This document shows, one piece after another, positions 7,457 through 16,391 of a stretch of 64,000 nt of DNA. A program made the translations under genes and the position numbers. Below the pieces are notes generated by a model. That model ran no database searches. It had not been told where the DNA came from and saw nothing but the letters and a program-made list of their open reading frames with translations. The DNA comes from Thermoplasmata archaeon (GTDB taxonomy: Archaea > Thermoplasmatota > Thermoplasmata > Lutacidiplasmatales > UBA184): positions 12,300 to 76,299 of the forward strand of contig JAVYSA010000001.1 of assembly GCA_038729445.1 (NCBI GenBank). The letters run 5' to 3'. The first letter of the stretch is position 1, and each line of letters opens with the position of its first letter.

Positions 7457-9790
7457 ATGGTCGCCACGCCCGGTCCCCGCGACCCCCTGCCCGCCGGGGT
7501 GGCGTCGGTGCCGGTGCGCCGGCCGTCCTTGGCCTCCCTTCTCGCGGAGAGCCGACGGCGCCGGTGGGGGTTCGACCGGGAGGAGCTCGGGCGGATCCGC
7601 CGCCACTTCCTCCGGGAGGGACGGGATCCGACCGACGTGGAGATCGCCGGGCTGGCCCAGAGCTGGAGCGAGCACTGCAGCTACAAGTCGAGCCGGCCGT
7701 TCCTCCGCCGCTGGCTCGGGCCCCTCCGGCGCGATCGCCGGGTCCTCGCCGCGGGCGACGCGGGGGTCATGCGCCTCGCCCCGGGCCTCGCCTACGCCCT
7801 GCGGATCGAGTCGCACAACCATCCGTCGGCCGTCGAGCCGTACGGGGGCGCCGCGACCGGAATCGGGGGGATCCTGCGCGACGTCCTGGCGGTCGGCGCC
7901 AAGCCGATCGCGCTCGCGGACCCGCTCTTCTTCGGACCGCTCAACACCCCTGCTTCGGACGTGCCTTCGGGGGTCCGCCGGCCGGCGTACCTCTTCGACG
8001 GGGTCGTCGCCGGGATCCGCGACTACGGCAACCGGGTCGGCGTGCCGACCGTCGCCGGCAGCGTGGGGTTCGATCCGGCCTACCTCGTGAACCCCCTGGT
8101 CAACGTCGGCTGCGTCGGGATCGTCCCACCGCGCCGGATCGTGCCGAACCGCGCCCGGCGCGCGGGGGACCACGTGGTGCTGGTCGGGGGCCGGACCGGC
8201 CGCGACGGGATCGGCGGCGTGGCGTTCGCCTCCCGCGAGCTCACCGAGGGGAGCGAGCGGGAGGAGCGCGGGGCGGTCCAGCTCGGCAACCCGATCCTGA
8301 AGGAGCCGCTGATCCATGCCTGCCTCGAGGCGCGGGACCGCGGTTGGATCCGTGCCATGAAGGACCTCGGCGGGGGGGGTCTTGCGACCGCGCTCGGGGA
8401 GCTCGCCCATGCCGGCGGGCTCGGGCTGCGGATCGACCTCGCCCGCGTCCCGCTGCGCGACACCGGTCTGGCGCCATGGGAGATCTGGATCAGCGAGTCG
8501 CAGGAGCGGATGGCCCTCGAGGTCCGTCCGTCGGACGTCCGAACCCTGATGGCCCTGTTCGAGCGCTATGACGTCCCCGCCTCCGACCTCGGGGCCTTCG
8601 TCCCCGGGGCGAGGGAGACGATCCTCTACGACGGGACCGTGGTGGCGGACCTCGACCTCGGCTTCCGGGTCGACCCGCCCGCGAAGCGCCGCCCGGTGCG
8701 GGCCCCGTCCGCGGCCCGCCACCCCCCACCGGTGACCCCGAGGGCTCCCGATCTGGGCCGGCTCGTCGAGGAGCTGCTGCTGGATCCGACCGCGCGCTCC
8801 CGGGAGGGCGTCATCCGCCAGTACGACCACGAGGTCCAGGGACGCGCCGTGCTCGGGTCCCTCCACGGGAGACCGGTCTCCCCGAGCCACGGCGACGCCG
8901 CGGTGCTGCGGCCGACCCCGACGGGCCCGCACGGGATCGCCATCACGGTCGCCAGCGACCCATGGCGGGGGGCGATCGATCCGTATCAGGGGGCGCTTGC
9001 GGCCGTCGAGGAGGCCGCCCGGAACCTCTACGCCGTCGGCGCCCGCCCCGACGCCTTCTCCGACTGCCTCAACTTCGGCAATCCGGAGGATCCCCGGGTC
9101 CTCGGGGCGTTCGACCGGGCCGTGCGCGGGCTGGCCGAGGGGGCCCGGGCCCTCGGGTTCGCGGTCCCCAGCGGCAACGTGAGCCTCTACAACGGGGGAA
9201 TCGGCCACGCGATCCCGCCGACCCCCGTGCTCCTCGCGACGGGGATCGTGGCCCGGGTGGAGCGGACGATCAGCAGCGACCTCAAGCGGGAGGGAAACCC
9301 GCTCTTCCTCCTGGGCCCGAGCCGGCCGGAGCTGGGCGGCTCCCTCTGGGCCCGGCGCCGGGGCGGCAGGCCACTTCCGGTCCCCCCGGCCGATCCCCGG
9401 GGGCTCCGGCGGAGGGGCGACGCGCTCCTCGGCTGGATCGGAAGGGGATGGGTCCGGGCCGCCCACGACGTCGCGGACGGGGGTCTCGGCGTCGCCCTCG
9501 CCGAGATGGCGTTCGGGGGGGGCCTCGGCTTCGAGGCCGATCTCGCGGCCACCGGCCTGCCAGGCACCACCCTGGCGGCGATCGCCGAGGGAGGGTCGCG
9601 CTGGGTGCTGGAGGTCGACGCGGCGGCGGAGGACCGGGTCGCCCGCCGCGGACGGGCGCTCGGGCTCGTACCCCTGGGCCGGGTCCTCCCGGACCCGGTC
9701 GGACGGCTCCTCTGGCGGCGGGAGGTCTCGGCCTCCCTCGACCTGGCCGCGCTCTACCCCCGGTGGCGGGACGGCCCAGGCTTCGGATGA
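7457..9790 (+). CDS. purL: Phosphoribosylformylglycinamidine synthase II (FGAM synthase large subunit)
   Basis: 777 aa, containing EHCSYKS, RIESHNHPSAVEPYGGAATGIGGILRD and a duplicated AIR-synthase-like fold typical of PurL. Confidence 0.9.
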   Translation: MVATPGPRDPLPAGVASVPVRRPSLASLLAESRRRRWGFDREELGRIRRHFLREGRDPTDVEIAGLAQSWSEHCSYKSSRPFLRRWLGPLRRDRRVLAAGDAGVMRLAPGLAYALRIESHNHPSAVEPYGGAATGIGGILRDVLAVGAKPIALADPLFFGPLNTPASDVPSGVRRPAYLFDGVVAGIRDYGNRVGVPTVAGSVGFDPAYLVNPLVNVGCVGIVPPRRIVPNRARRAGDHVVLVGGRTGRDGIGGVAFASRELTEGSEREERGAVQLGNPILKEPLIHACLEARDRGWIRAMKDLGGGGLATALGELAHAGGLGLRIDLARVPLRDTGLAPWEIWISESQERMALEVRPSDVRTLMALFERYDVPASDLGAFVPGARETILYDGTVVADLDLGFRVDPPAKRRPVRAPSAARHPPPVTPRAPDLGRLVEELLLDPTARSREGVIRQYDHEVQGRAVLGSLHGRPVSPSHGDAAVLRPTPTGPHGIAITVASDPWRGAIDPYQGALAAVEEAARNLYAVGARPDAFSDCLNFGNPEDPRVLGAFDRAVRGLAEGARALGFAVPSGNVSLYNGGIGHAIPPTPVLLATGIVARVERTISSDLKREGNPLFLLGPSRPELGGSLWARRRGGRPLPVPPADPRGLRRRGDALLGWIGRGWVRAAHDVADGGLGVALAEMAFGGGLGFEADLAATGLPGTTLAAIAEGGSRWVLEVDAAAEDRVARRGRALGLVPLGRVLPDPVGRLLWRREVSASLDLAALYPRWRDGPGFG

Positions 9791-10512
9791 CCCCTGGGCC
9801 GACGGGACCGCCGCGGGCGGTCACGACCGCGCTCGTCTCCGGTGGGAAGGACTCCATCTACGCCGCGTACCTGGCCTCGACCCAAGGCTGGCCCGTGCGG
9901 GAGCTGCTCGTGATGGAGCCGCAGGAGACCGACTCCTGGATGTTCCACACCCCCAACCTCGCGCTGGTCGACCGGCAGGCGGAGGCGATGGGCGTGCCGG
10001 TCCGGCGTGTCCCGGTCGGGGCTTCGGGGCCGGAGGCGGAGACCCGGGCGCTGGCCGACGCCCTCCGGGAGGGGGCCCCGGGGCCCGTGAGCGTCGGGGC
10101 GATCGCCTCCTCGTTCCAGTGGCGGCGGGTGATCGCCGCGGCGGATGCCGCCCGACGGAGGGTCTATGCCCCGCTCTGGCGCGTCGATCCGATGCGCGTC
10201 GTCTCCGAGGAGATCGCGGCCGGGCTCGACATCCGCCTCGTCCAGGTCGCCGCGGAGGGGCTCGGGGAGGGGTGGCTCGGGCGCCGGCTCGACCGGGAGG
10301 CGCTTGCCGCGATCGCCGCGCTCGCCGAGCGGGGGCCCGCGGTCCATCCCGCGGGGGAGGGCGGGGAGTTCGAGACCGTGGTGCTCGACGCCCCGTTCTT
10401 CCGCCGCCGCCTCGTGCCGGAGCGGAGCCGGATCGAGCGGAGGGGACCGTGGGCCCGCTGGACGATCGAGCGGGCGCGCACCGAGGCGAAGGGGACCCCT
10501 CGGACCCGATAA
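9787..10512 (+). CDS. PP-loop ATP pyrophosphatase of the MJ0570/Dph6 (diphthine-ammonia ligase-like) family
   Basis: The internal ATG at 9787 overlaps the purL stop in an ATGA overlap. Motifs include ALVSGGKDS (PP-loop), a QWRRV-type segment and EGGEFETVVLDAPFF, all characteristic of MJ0570-like proteins. The upstream part of listed ORF 8962..10512 is low-complexity and was rejected. Confidence 0.75.
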   Translation: MTPGPTGPPRAVTTALVSGGKDSIYAAYLASTQGWPVRELLVMEPQETDSWMFHTPNLALVDRQAEAMGVPVRRVPVGASGPEAETRALADALREGAPGPVSVGAIASSFQWRRVIAAADAARRRVYAPLWRVDPMRVVSEEIAAGLDIRLVQVAAEGLGEGWLGRRLDREALAAIAALAERGPAVHPAGEGGEFETVVLDAPFFRRRLVPERSRIERRGPWARWTIERARTEAKGTPRTR

Positions 10513-10539
10513 TACGGATCGCGGCGTACCGGGCCGGCG

Positions 10540-11289
10540 ATGGCGACCGCCCCTCCCGGATGGGCCACGGCGCTTGCCCTCGGCGATCGCCGGGCCCGGC
10601 CGGACGGTGCGTGGCTCGAGGCGATCACGGGCGTGCCGGCCGGGCGCTGGCTCCCGTTCTTCCGCGAGCTCGACGCCGCGATCGGGCCGGAGGAGGAGAT
10701 CGGCCGCCGGCTCCGCGCGGAGGGGCGGAGGGGCTTCGCGCAGTTCCGGGCGCCGGTCGAGCTCTACGCGCTCGTCCGGTGGCTCCGTCCGGACCACGCG
10801 GTCGAGACCGGGGTGAGCAGCGGGGTCTCGAGCGCCCACATCCTCCGGGGGCTCGCCCGCAACCGCCGCGGGACGCTCCACTCGATCGACCGTCCGACGT
10901 TCGTGCGGGGCACGCGCTGGACCCCGAGGGACTCACCGGTCGCCCTGCCGCCGGGCCGCTCCCCGGGCTGGGCGATTCCGGCACCGCTGCGCCGCCGCTG
11001 GGACCTTCGGATCGGCCCGAGCGCGGCGGTGCTGCCGGCGCTCGTCCGGAGCCTCCCGTCGATCGGCCTCTTCCTGCACGACGACGAGCACACGCCCACG
11101 AACCTCTCCCGGGAGCTCCGGACGATCCGGCCCCTCCTGCGGCCGGGAGCGATCGTCCTCGCCGACAACACCCGCTGGACCGGGACGGCCTTCCCGCGGT
11201 TCGCGCGGGCGATCGGCGCGACCGTCCACCGGCGGCGCGGGAGCGACCTGGTCGGGCTCCGGGTCCCCGGGCCGGGCAGCGGAGGTTAA
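10540..11289 (+). CDS. Class I SAM-dependent methyltransferase (TylF/CmcI-like O-methyltransferase fold)
   Basis: 249 aa, containing VETGVSSGVSSAHIL (SAM motif I-like), HSID and FLHDDEHT. These are consistent with a Rossmann-fold methyltransferase. Substrate is unknown. Confidence 0.6.
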   Translation: MATAPPGWATALALGDRRARPDGAWLEAITGVPAGRWLPFFRELDAAIGPEEEIGRRLRAEGRRGFAQFRAPVELYALVRWLRPDHAVETGVSSGVSSAHILRGLARNRRGTLHSIDRPTFVRGTRWTPRDSPVALPPGRSPGWAIPAPLRRRWDLRIGPSAAVLPALVRSLPSIGLFLHDDEHTPTNLSRELRTIRPLLRPGAIVLADNTRWTGTAFPRFARAIGATVHRRRGSDLVGLRVPGPGSGG

Positions 11290-11313
11290 GTCCCCCCGCC
11301 CTCTGGCCGGACG

Positions 11314-13014
11314 ATGGCGGTCAGTCGTCCCGATCGCCGGGCCGAGGCGCCGGCCCCCGGACGCCCTTCCGTCGCGGAGGCCCGCCGCCGGTGGGAGGAG
11401 CAGACGGTCCGGCCCGCGCTCGCCCGGGCGCCCGAGCGCCGGGAGCGGTTCGAGACCTTGGGCGGTATTCCGATCGACCGGCTCTACGACCCGTCGGTCC
11501 CGGCGACGCGCGATCCGGGCTTTCCCGGGGAGTACCCGTTCACCCGGGGGATCCATCCGACGATGTACGCGGGCCGGCTCTGGTCGATGCGCATGTTCTC
11601 CGGATTCGGCACCCCGGAGGACACCAACCGGCGCTTCCACTACCTGCTCTCCCACGGCGAGACCGGCCTCTCCATCGCGTTCGACGACCCGACGCTCTAC
11701 GGGATCGACGCGGACGATCCGGAGGCGCTCGGGGAGGTCGGCAAGTGCGGGGTGAACGTGAGCTCGCTGGAGGACATGCAGCGGCTGCTTCGCGGCGTCC
11801 CGCTCGACCGCGTGACGACCAGCATGACGATCAACGGCCCCGCGAACATCGTCTGGGGGATGTACATCCTCGCCGCGGAGGCCGCGGGCGTGCCGGCCGA
11901 GCGCCTGGGCGGCACCACGCAGAACGACATCCTCAAGGAGTACACCGCCCAGAAGGAGTTCCTCTACCCGCCGCGCCCGGCGCTCCGGCTCGTCGTCGAC
12001 ACGATCGAGCACGCGACCCGGACGATGCCCAAGTGGAACCCCGTGTCGATCTCGGGCTACCACATCCGCGAGGCCGGCTCGACCGCCGCGCAGGAGCTCG
12101 CCTTCACCCTCGCGGACGGGATGACCTACGTCGAGGAGACGATCCGCCGCGGGATCCCGGTCGACGACTTCGCGCCGCGCCTGAGCTTCTTCTTCAACAG
12201 CCACAACGACTTCTTCGAGGAGATCGCCAAGTTCCGCGCCGCCCGCCGCGTCTGGGCGAAAGTGATGCGGGAGCGGTTCGGCGCCCGGAAGGAACGCTCG
12301 CTCTGGCTGCGCTTCCACACGCAGACGGCGGGTTGCTCCTGCACGGCGCAGCAGCCCGAGCTCAACATCGTCCGGACGACGGTCCAGGCCCTCGCGGGGG
12401 TCCTCGGCGGGACCCAGTCGCTGCACACGAACTCCTACGACGAGGCGATCCAGCTGCCGAGCGAGGACGCCGTCCGCATCGCCCTGCGGACGCAGCAGAT
12501 CCTCGCCCACGAGACGGGGCTCGCGACGGTCGTCGATCCCTTCGGCGGGAGCTACTACGTCGAGTGGCTCACGGACCGCCTCGAGGAGGAGGCGTTCCGC
12601 TACTTCGACCGGATCGACGAGATGGGCGGCGTCGTCGCCGCCATCGAGCGCGGGTTCTTCCAGCGGGAGATCCAGGAGTCGTCGTTCCGCTACCAGCGGG
12701 CCGTCGAGCAGGGGACGGCGACGGTCGTCGGCGTCAATGCCTACACCCTTGACGAGCCGGTGCGGGTCCCCCGCCTGAAGATCTCGGAGCGGGCGCGTCG
12801 GGAGCAGTCCCGCCGGCTCGCCCGCCTCAGGGCCACCCGCGATGCGGCCCGCCACGCCCGCGCGCTCGAGGCGCTGGCCCGCGTCGCGCGGACCGAGCGG
12901 GAGAACACCATGCCCGCCGTGCTCGACGCCCTGCGCGCCCGCGCGACCCTCGGGGAGATCGTGCGGACGTTCCAGGAGGTCTACGGCCGCTACCGCGAGC
13001 GCTCGGCGTACTAG
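11314..13014 (+). CDS. Methylmalonyl-CoA mutase, large (catalytic, N-terminal) subunit
   Basis: 566 aa, containing [55 protein letters not shown] and a conserved catalytic TIM-barrel region. There is no B12-binding C-terminal domain, which matches the split archaeal form. Confidence 0.9.
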   Translation: MAVSRPDRRAEAPAPGRPSVAEARRRWEEQTVRPALARAPERRERFETLGGIPIDRLYDPSVPATRDPGFPGEYPFTRGIHPTMYAGRLWSMRMFSGFGTPEDTNRRFHYLLSHGETGLSIAFDDPTLYGIDADDPEALGEVGKCGVNVSSLEDMQRLLRGVPLDRVTTSMTINGPANIVWGMYILAAEAAGVPAERLGGTTQNDILKEYTAQKEFLYPPRPALRLVVDTIEHATRTMPKWNPVSISGYHIREAGSTAAQELAFTLADGMTYVEETIRRGIPVDDFAPRLSFFFNSHNDFFEEIAKFRAARRVWAKVMRERFGARKERSLWLRFHTQTAGCSCTAQQPELNIVRTTVQALAGVLGGTQSLHTNSYDEAIQLPSEDAVRIALRTQQILAHETGLATVVDPFGGSYYVEWLTDRLEEEAFRYFDRIDEMGGVVAAIERGFFQREIQESSFRYQRAVEQGTATVVGVNAYTLDEPVRVPRLKISERARREQSRRLARLRATRDAARHARALEALARVARTERENTMPAVLDALRARATLGEIVRTFQEVYGRYRERSAY

Positions 13015-13015
13015 C

Positions 13016-14407
13016 GGTCCGGCCCGCGCCGGCCCGGAGGCCTACCGCCGCGCGCTGCGGTCGCTCTACGCGCGTCGCCGCTTCGGCCTGCGCCCGACGC
13101 TCGACGTCGAACGCGCCCTCCTGCGGGCGCTCGGCGACCCCCAGCGGTCGGCGCCGTCGATCCACATCACCGGCAGCAAGGGCAAGGGCTCGGTCGCCAC
13201 GATGGCCGCGGCGATCCTCCGCTCGCAGGGCCGGTCGGTCGGGCTCTACACGAGCCCCCACCTCGTCAGCTACCGGGAGCGCATGCGCGTCGACGGTCGC
13301 CCGATCCCCCGGGACGAGGTCGCCCGGAGGCTCGTCACGATCGAGCGGGTCGCCGCCCGGCTCGAATCGACCGGGGCGATCGAGCGGCGGCCGACGTTCT
13401 TCGAGGTCACGACGGCGCTCGCGTTCTCCTGGTTCGCCTCCCGCCGGGTCGACGCCCTGGTCGTCGAGGTCGGCATCGGCGGGCGGTGGGACGCCACGAA
13501 CCTCCTTGCCTCGCGCGTGGGGGTCATCACGTCGCTCGAGCTCGAGCACACCGACATCCTGGGACCGACGGTCGCGGCGATCGCCGGCGAGAAGGCCGGC
13601 ATCCTCCACCCCGGAATGGCCGGCGTCCTGGGGGAGCTCCCTCCCGAGGGGCGCGCGGTCGTCCGAGCGGCGGCCGCGGAGGCGGGGGTCGACCTCTGGG
13701 AGGTCCCCTCGCAGATCGGGGTGAGGGAACGGCGCGCGACGCCCCGGGGCCAGTCGTTCGTGGCCTCGTGGCCGGGGGTCCCTGCGATGCCGGTCCGGAT
13801 CCCCCTCGCCGGCGATGTGCAGGCCGCCAACGCGGCGATCGCCCTCGCGGCGTGCGACCGGTTCCTCCGCGCGGAGGGAGGGAGGCTCGACCGCCGGGCC
13901 GCCGCCGCGGCCCTCGCCCGGACCGACGTGCCGGGCCGGCTCGACCGGCTCGGGCGGCGGCCGTGGGTCTACCTCGACGTCGCCCACACGCCCGAGAGCG
14001 TGCGGGCGGCCGTCCGCAGCCTGAAGGAGCGCCACCCCGACCACGACCCGGACCGCTCCGCCGTCGTCTTCGGCTGCCTGCGCGGCAAGCGGCACGAGAC
14101 GATGCTCGGGCTGCTCCGCCCGTTCGCCCGTACGGCCGTGCTCGTGCCGGTGCCGTCCGAGCGGGGGCTCCCGACGGAGACCCTCCGCCCCGCGGCGCGC
14201 CGGGAGTTCCCGACGGTCCTCGTGGCGGCGGACGCCCCCCAGGGGCTCCGCTGGGCCCGGGCCGCGGTCCCGCCGGACGGCTGGGTCCTGGCGATCGGCA
14301 GCGACTACCTGGTCGGGGAGATCCTGCGCGCCCGCCGGCCGTCCGCGGCGGTGGGGGAACCGGATCTGTCGGACCCGGGCCGTACCGGCCCCGGAGGGAG
14401 GCGGTGA
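13016..14407 (+). CDS. folC: FolC-like Mur-ligase family protein (folylpolyglutamate/dihydrofolate synthase-like)
   Basis: Contains PEAYRRALRSLY...SIHITGSKGKGS (P-loop), VVEVGIGGRWDATN and ELEHTD, typical of FolC. There is no ATG, GTG or TTG in frame between the mcm stop (13014) and the conserved N-terminus, so the true start is unresolved. Confidence 0.7.
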   Translation, partial: GPARAGPEAYRRALRSLYARRRFGLRPTLDVERALLRALGDPQRSAPSIHITGSKGKGSVATMAAAILRSQGRSVGLYTSPHLVSYRERMRVDGRPIPRDEVARRLVTIERVAARLESTGAIERRPTFFEVTTALAFSWFASRRVDALVVEVGIGGRWDATNLLASRVGVITSLELEHTDILGPTVAAIAGEKAGILHPGMAGVLGELPPEGRAVVRAAAAEAGVDLWEVPSQIGVRERRATPRGQSFVASWPGVPAMPVRIPLAGDVQAANAAIALAACDRFLRAEGGRLDRRAAAAALARTDVPGRLDRLGRRPWVYLDVAHTPESVRAAVRSLKERHPDHDPDRSAVVFGCLRGKRHETMLGLLRPFARTAVLVPVPSERGLPTETLRPAARREFPTVLVAADAPQGLRWARAAVPPDGWVLAIGSDYLVGEILRARRPSAAVGEPDLSDPGRTGPGGRR

Positions 14408-15210
14408 CGCCGCCGGCGGAGTTCCCCTGGCCGGAGGTGCTCGACCGCCTCAGCCGCCTCTACGGGACCGGCGACTGGAGGGTCCCGTACCTGCGCGATC
14501 ACGCCGAGGACCCGTTCCAGGTGCTCATCGGCACGATCCTCTCCCAGCGGACCCGCGACGAGGCGACCGACCGGGCGAGCGGGGCGCTCTTCGCGCGGTA
14601 CCCGACGGCCGCCGCCCTCGCCGCGGCGCGTCCGGCGGAGGTCGAGCGGAGGATCCGCCCGGTCGGGTTCTACCGCACCAAGGCCCGGGCGGTCGTCCGG
14701 TGCGCCCGGGAGATCCTGGACCGGTTCGGCGGCCAGGTCCCCGCGACGGTCGAGGCCCTGACGAGCCTCCCCGGCGTCGGCCGCAAGACCGCGAACTGCG
14801 TGCTCGTCTTCGGCTACGGGATCCCCGCCATCCCCGTCGACACCCATGTCCACCGGATCGCCAACCGGCTCGGCCTCGTGCGGACCGCCACGCCGGAGGA
14901 GACGGAGCAGGCGCTGCGCCGCACGGTCGACCCCCGGTTCTGGATCCCCCTCAACCCCCTGCTCGTCCAGCACGGGCAGAACCTGTGCCGGCCGATCCGG
15001 CCGCGCTGTCCGGACTGTCCGATCGCCCCGATGTGCGCGACGGGCCGAGCCCGTTCCGGCGGCCCGTCCGCGGGACGAGGGCGAGCGCCCCCAACGGGAC
15101 GATCGCCGCGGCGGCGAGCAGGACCCACGCGATCGGATACCCGTAGAGCCCGACCCAGGCCCCGAACGCCGCGGAGACGGCCGCCCCGCCCGCGAGCTGG
15201 ATCGCGTTGA
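14404..15210 (+). CDS. nth: Endonuclease III (DNA glycosylase/AP lyase)
   Basis: A GTG start overlaps the folC stop in a GTGA overlap. The product has an HhH-GPD fold (LTSLPGVGRKTANCVLVFG) and a 4Fe-4S loop C-x6-C-x2-C-x5-C (CRPIRPRCPDCPIAPMC). The ORF then continues about 55 aa as an Arg/Pro-rich tail, antisense to the convergent MFS gene, before the first stop. Confidence 0.8.
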   Translation: MTPPAEFPWPEVLDRLSRLYGTGDWRVPYLRDHAEDPFQVLIGTILSQRTRDEATDRASGALFARYPTAAALAAARPAEVERRIRPVGFYRTKARAVVRCAREILDRFGGQVPATVEALTSLPGVGRKTANCVLVFGYGIPAIPVDTHVHRIANRLGLVRTATPEETEQALRRTVDPRFWIPLNPLLVQHGQNLCRPIRPRCPDCPIAPMCATGRARSGGPSAGRGRAPPTGRSPRRRAGPTRSDTRRARPRPRTPRRRPPRPRAGSR

Positions 15211-16300
15211 ACAGGCCGATCCCGATCGGGATCTCGTCGTCGGGCAGGCCGGGGAGGTACGCCGGCAGAACGTACATCACCGCGTAGACGAAGCCGTAGC
15301 CGAAGGAGAAGGCCGTCCCGATCGCCGCGGCCCCGGCGGCGCCGGCCCACGGCAGGGCGAACAGCGTCCCCGCGCCGATCGCGGTCGCGGCCGCGAGCTG
15401 GGTGCGCCGGTTCGTCCGGCGCTCGGCGACCACCCCCCCGACCGGGCCGCCGAAGACGCTCGGGAAGACGAAGGCCATCCCCACGCCCCCCGCGAGCGCC
15501 GCACTCCAGCCGAGGGTTGTCGTCCCGTACGGGACGATGAACTGTCCGGTCGCGAAGGAGGCCCCCTCGAGGCCGACGAAGGCGAGCCCGATCGCCCAGA
15601 TCGACCGGAGCCGGAGCGCCCGCGGGACCGACGCGCCCCACGGGCCGCGGGCGCCGCTCGGCCGGGACGGGCGCGCCCCCGCCGCCGGCGGGATCCCGAG
15701 CCAGGCGGCGGCGGTCAGCGCGAGGAGCCCGGCGCCGCCAACCGCGAGGTCGACCGACCAGCCGAGGGTCGCCACCACGAGGGCGCTCACGACGATGCCG
15801 GCGGCGGCCCCCGCGCTGAAGGCGGAGCTGAAGGTGCCGACCGGCAGCCCCCGCTCCCCCTCCGCGTAGAGGCTTCCGACCAACCCGATCGCGGGGGAGA
15901 AGAACAGGGCGGCCCCCGCCCCCGCGGCGGCCCGCAGCAGGAGGAGGCCGTCGAAGCTCGGGGCGAGGGGGCTCGCGAGGCTCGCCAGACCGAGCAGCGC
16001 CGCACCGGTGAGGGCGGTCCGGCGGGAACCCCAGCGCCGCGAGAGCATCCCGGCGGGGACCTGGAGGAGCCCCGCCGCCACGAGGAACGCCCCGACCAGG
16101 TACCCCCACTCCACCGGGCCGACGCCGTAGGCGAGCCCGATGGCGGGCAGCGCCGGCCCGATCGTGAACCAGTTGTAGGCGTAGCCGGCGCGCACGGCGA
16201 TCATCAGCGTGGTCGCCCGCCGGCGCGCGCGACGGTCGAGGGGGAGGGGCGGCGATGGGGCCGGGCCCAATCCCTCCGGACGCACGACCGAGCCGTCCAT
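14951..16300 (-). CDS. MFS transporter
   Basis: 12-TM-like hydrophobic profile with G/A-rich helices typical of major facilitator proteins. A C-terminal low-complexity tail overlaps the nth 3' end. The start is uncertain (M1 or MIAVRAG). Confidence 0.7.
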   Translation of the reverse strand: MDGSVVRPEGLGPAPSPPLPLDRRARRRATTLMIAVRAGYAYNWFTIGPALPAIGLAYGVGPVEWGYLVGAFLVAAGLLQVPAGMLSRRWGSRRTALTGAALLGLASLASPLAPSFDGLLLLRAAAGAGAALFFSPAIGLVGSLYAEGERGLPVGTFSSAFSAGAAAGIVVSALVVATLGWSVDLAVGGAGLLALTAAAWLGIPPAAGARPSRPSGARGPWGASVPRALRLRSIWAIGLAFVGLEGASFATGQFIVPYGTTTLGWSAALAGGVGMAFVFPSVFGGPVGGVVAERRTNRRTQLAAATAIGAGTLFALPWAGAAGAAAIGTAFSFGYGFVYAVMYVLPAYLPGLPDDEIPIGIGLFNAIQLAGGAAVSAAFGAWVGLYGYPIAWVLLAAAAIVPLGALALVPRTGRRNGLGPSRTSGRSDSPDSAAGSAGTGSARAGRAGG

Positions 16301-16391
16301 GGCCCCGGCCGTCGAGCACCGGGGGCACTTAGGCCCGGTGGCGGCAGCGAACCCCTTATGCTCCGCCGCCCGTGCGCGGGGCGTGGCGCCG

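Noticed and set aside
7445-9466. 673-aa minus-strand ORF opposite purL, and the many 60-340-aa ORFs inside purL
   Set aside because: Low-complexity GC-frame ORFs, while purL on the plus strand is unambiguous.
12842-13016. Using the first in-frame codon at 12842 as the folC start
   Set aside because: It would overlap the mutase gene by about 170 nt. The encoded N-terminal 60 aa ([16 protein letters not shown]...) are low-complexity. I kept the start as unresolved instead.
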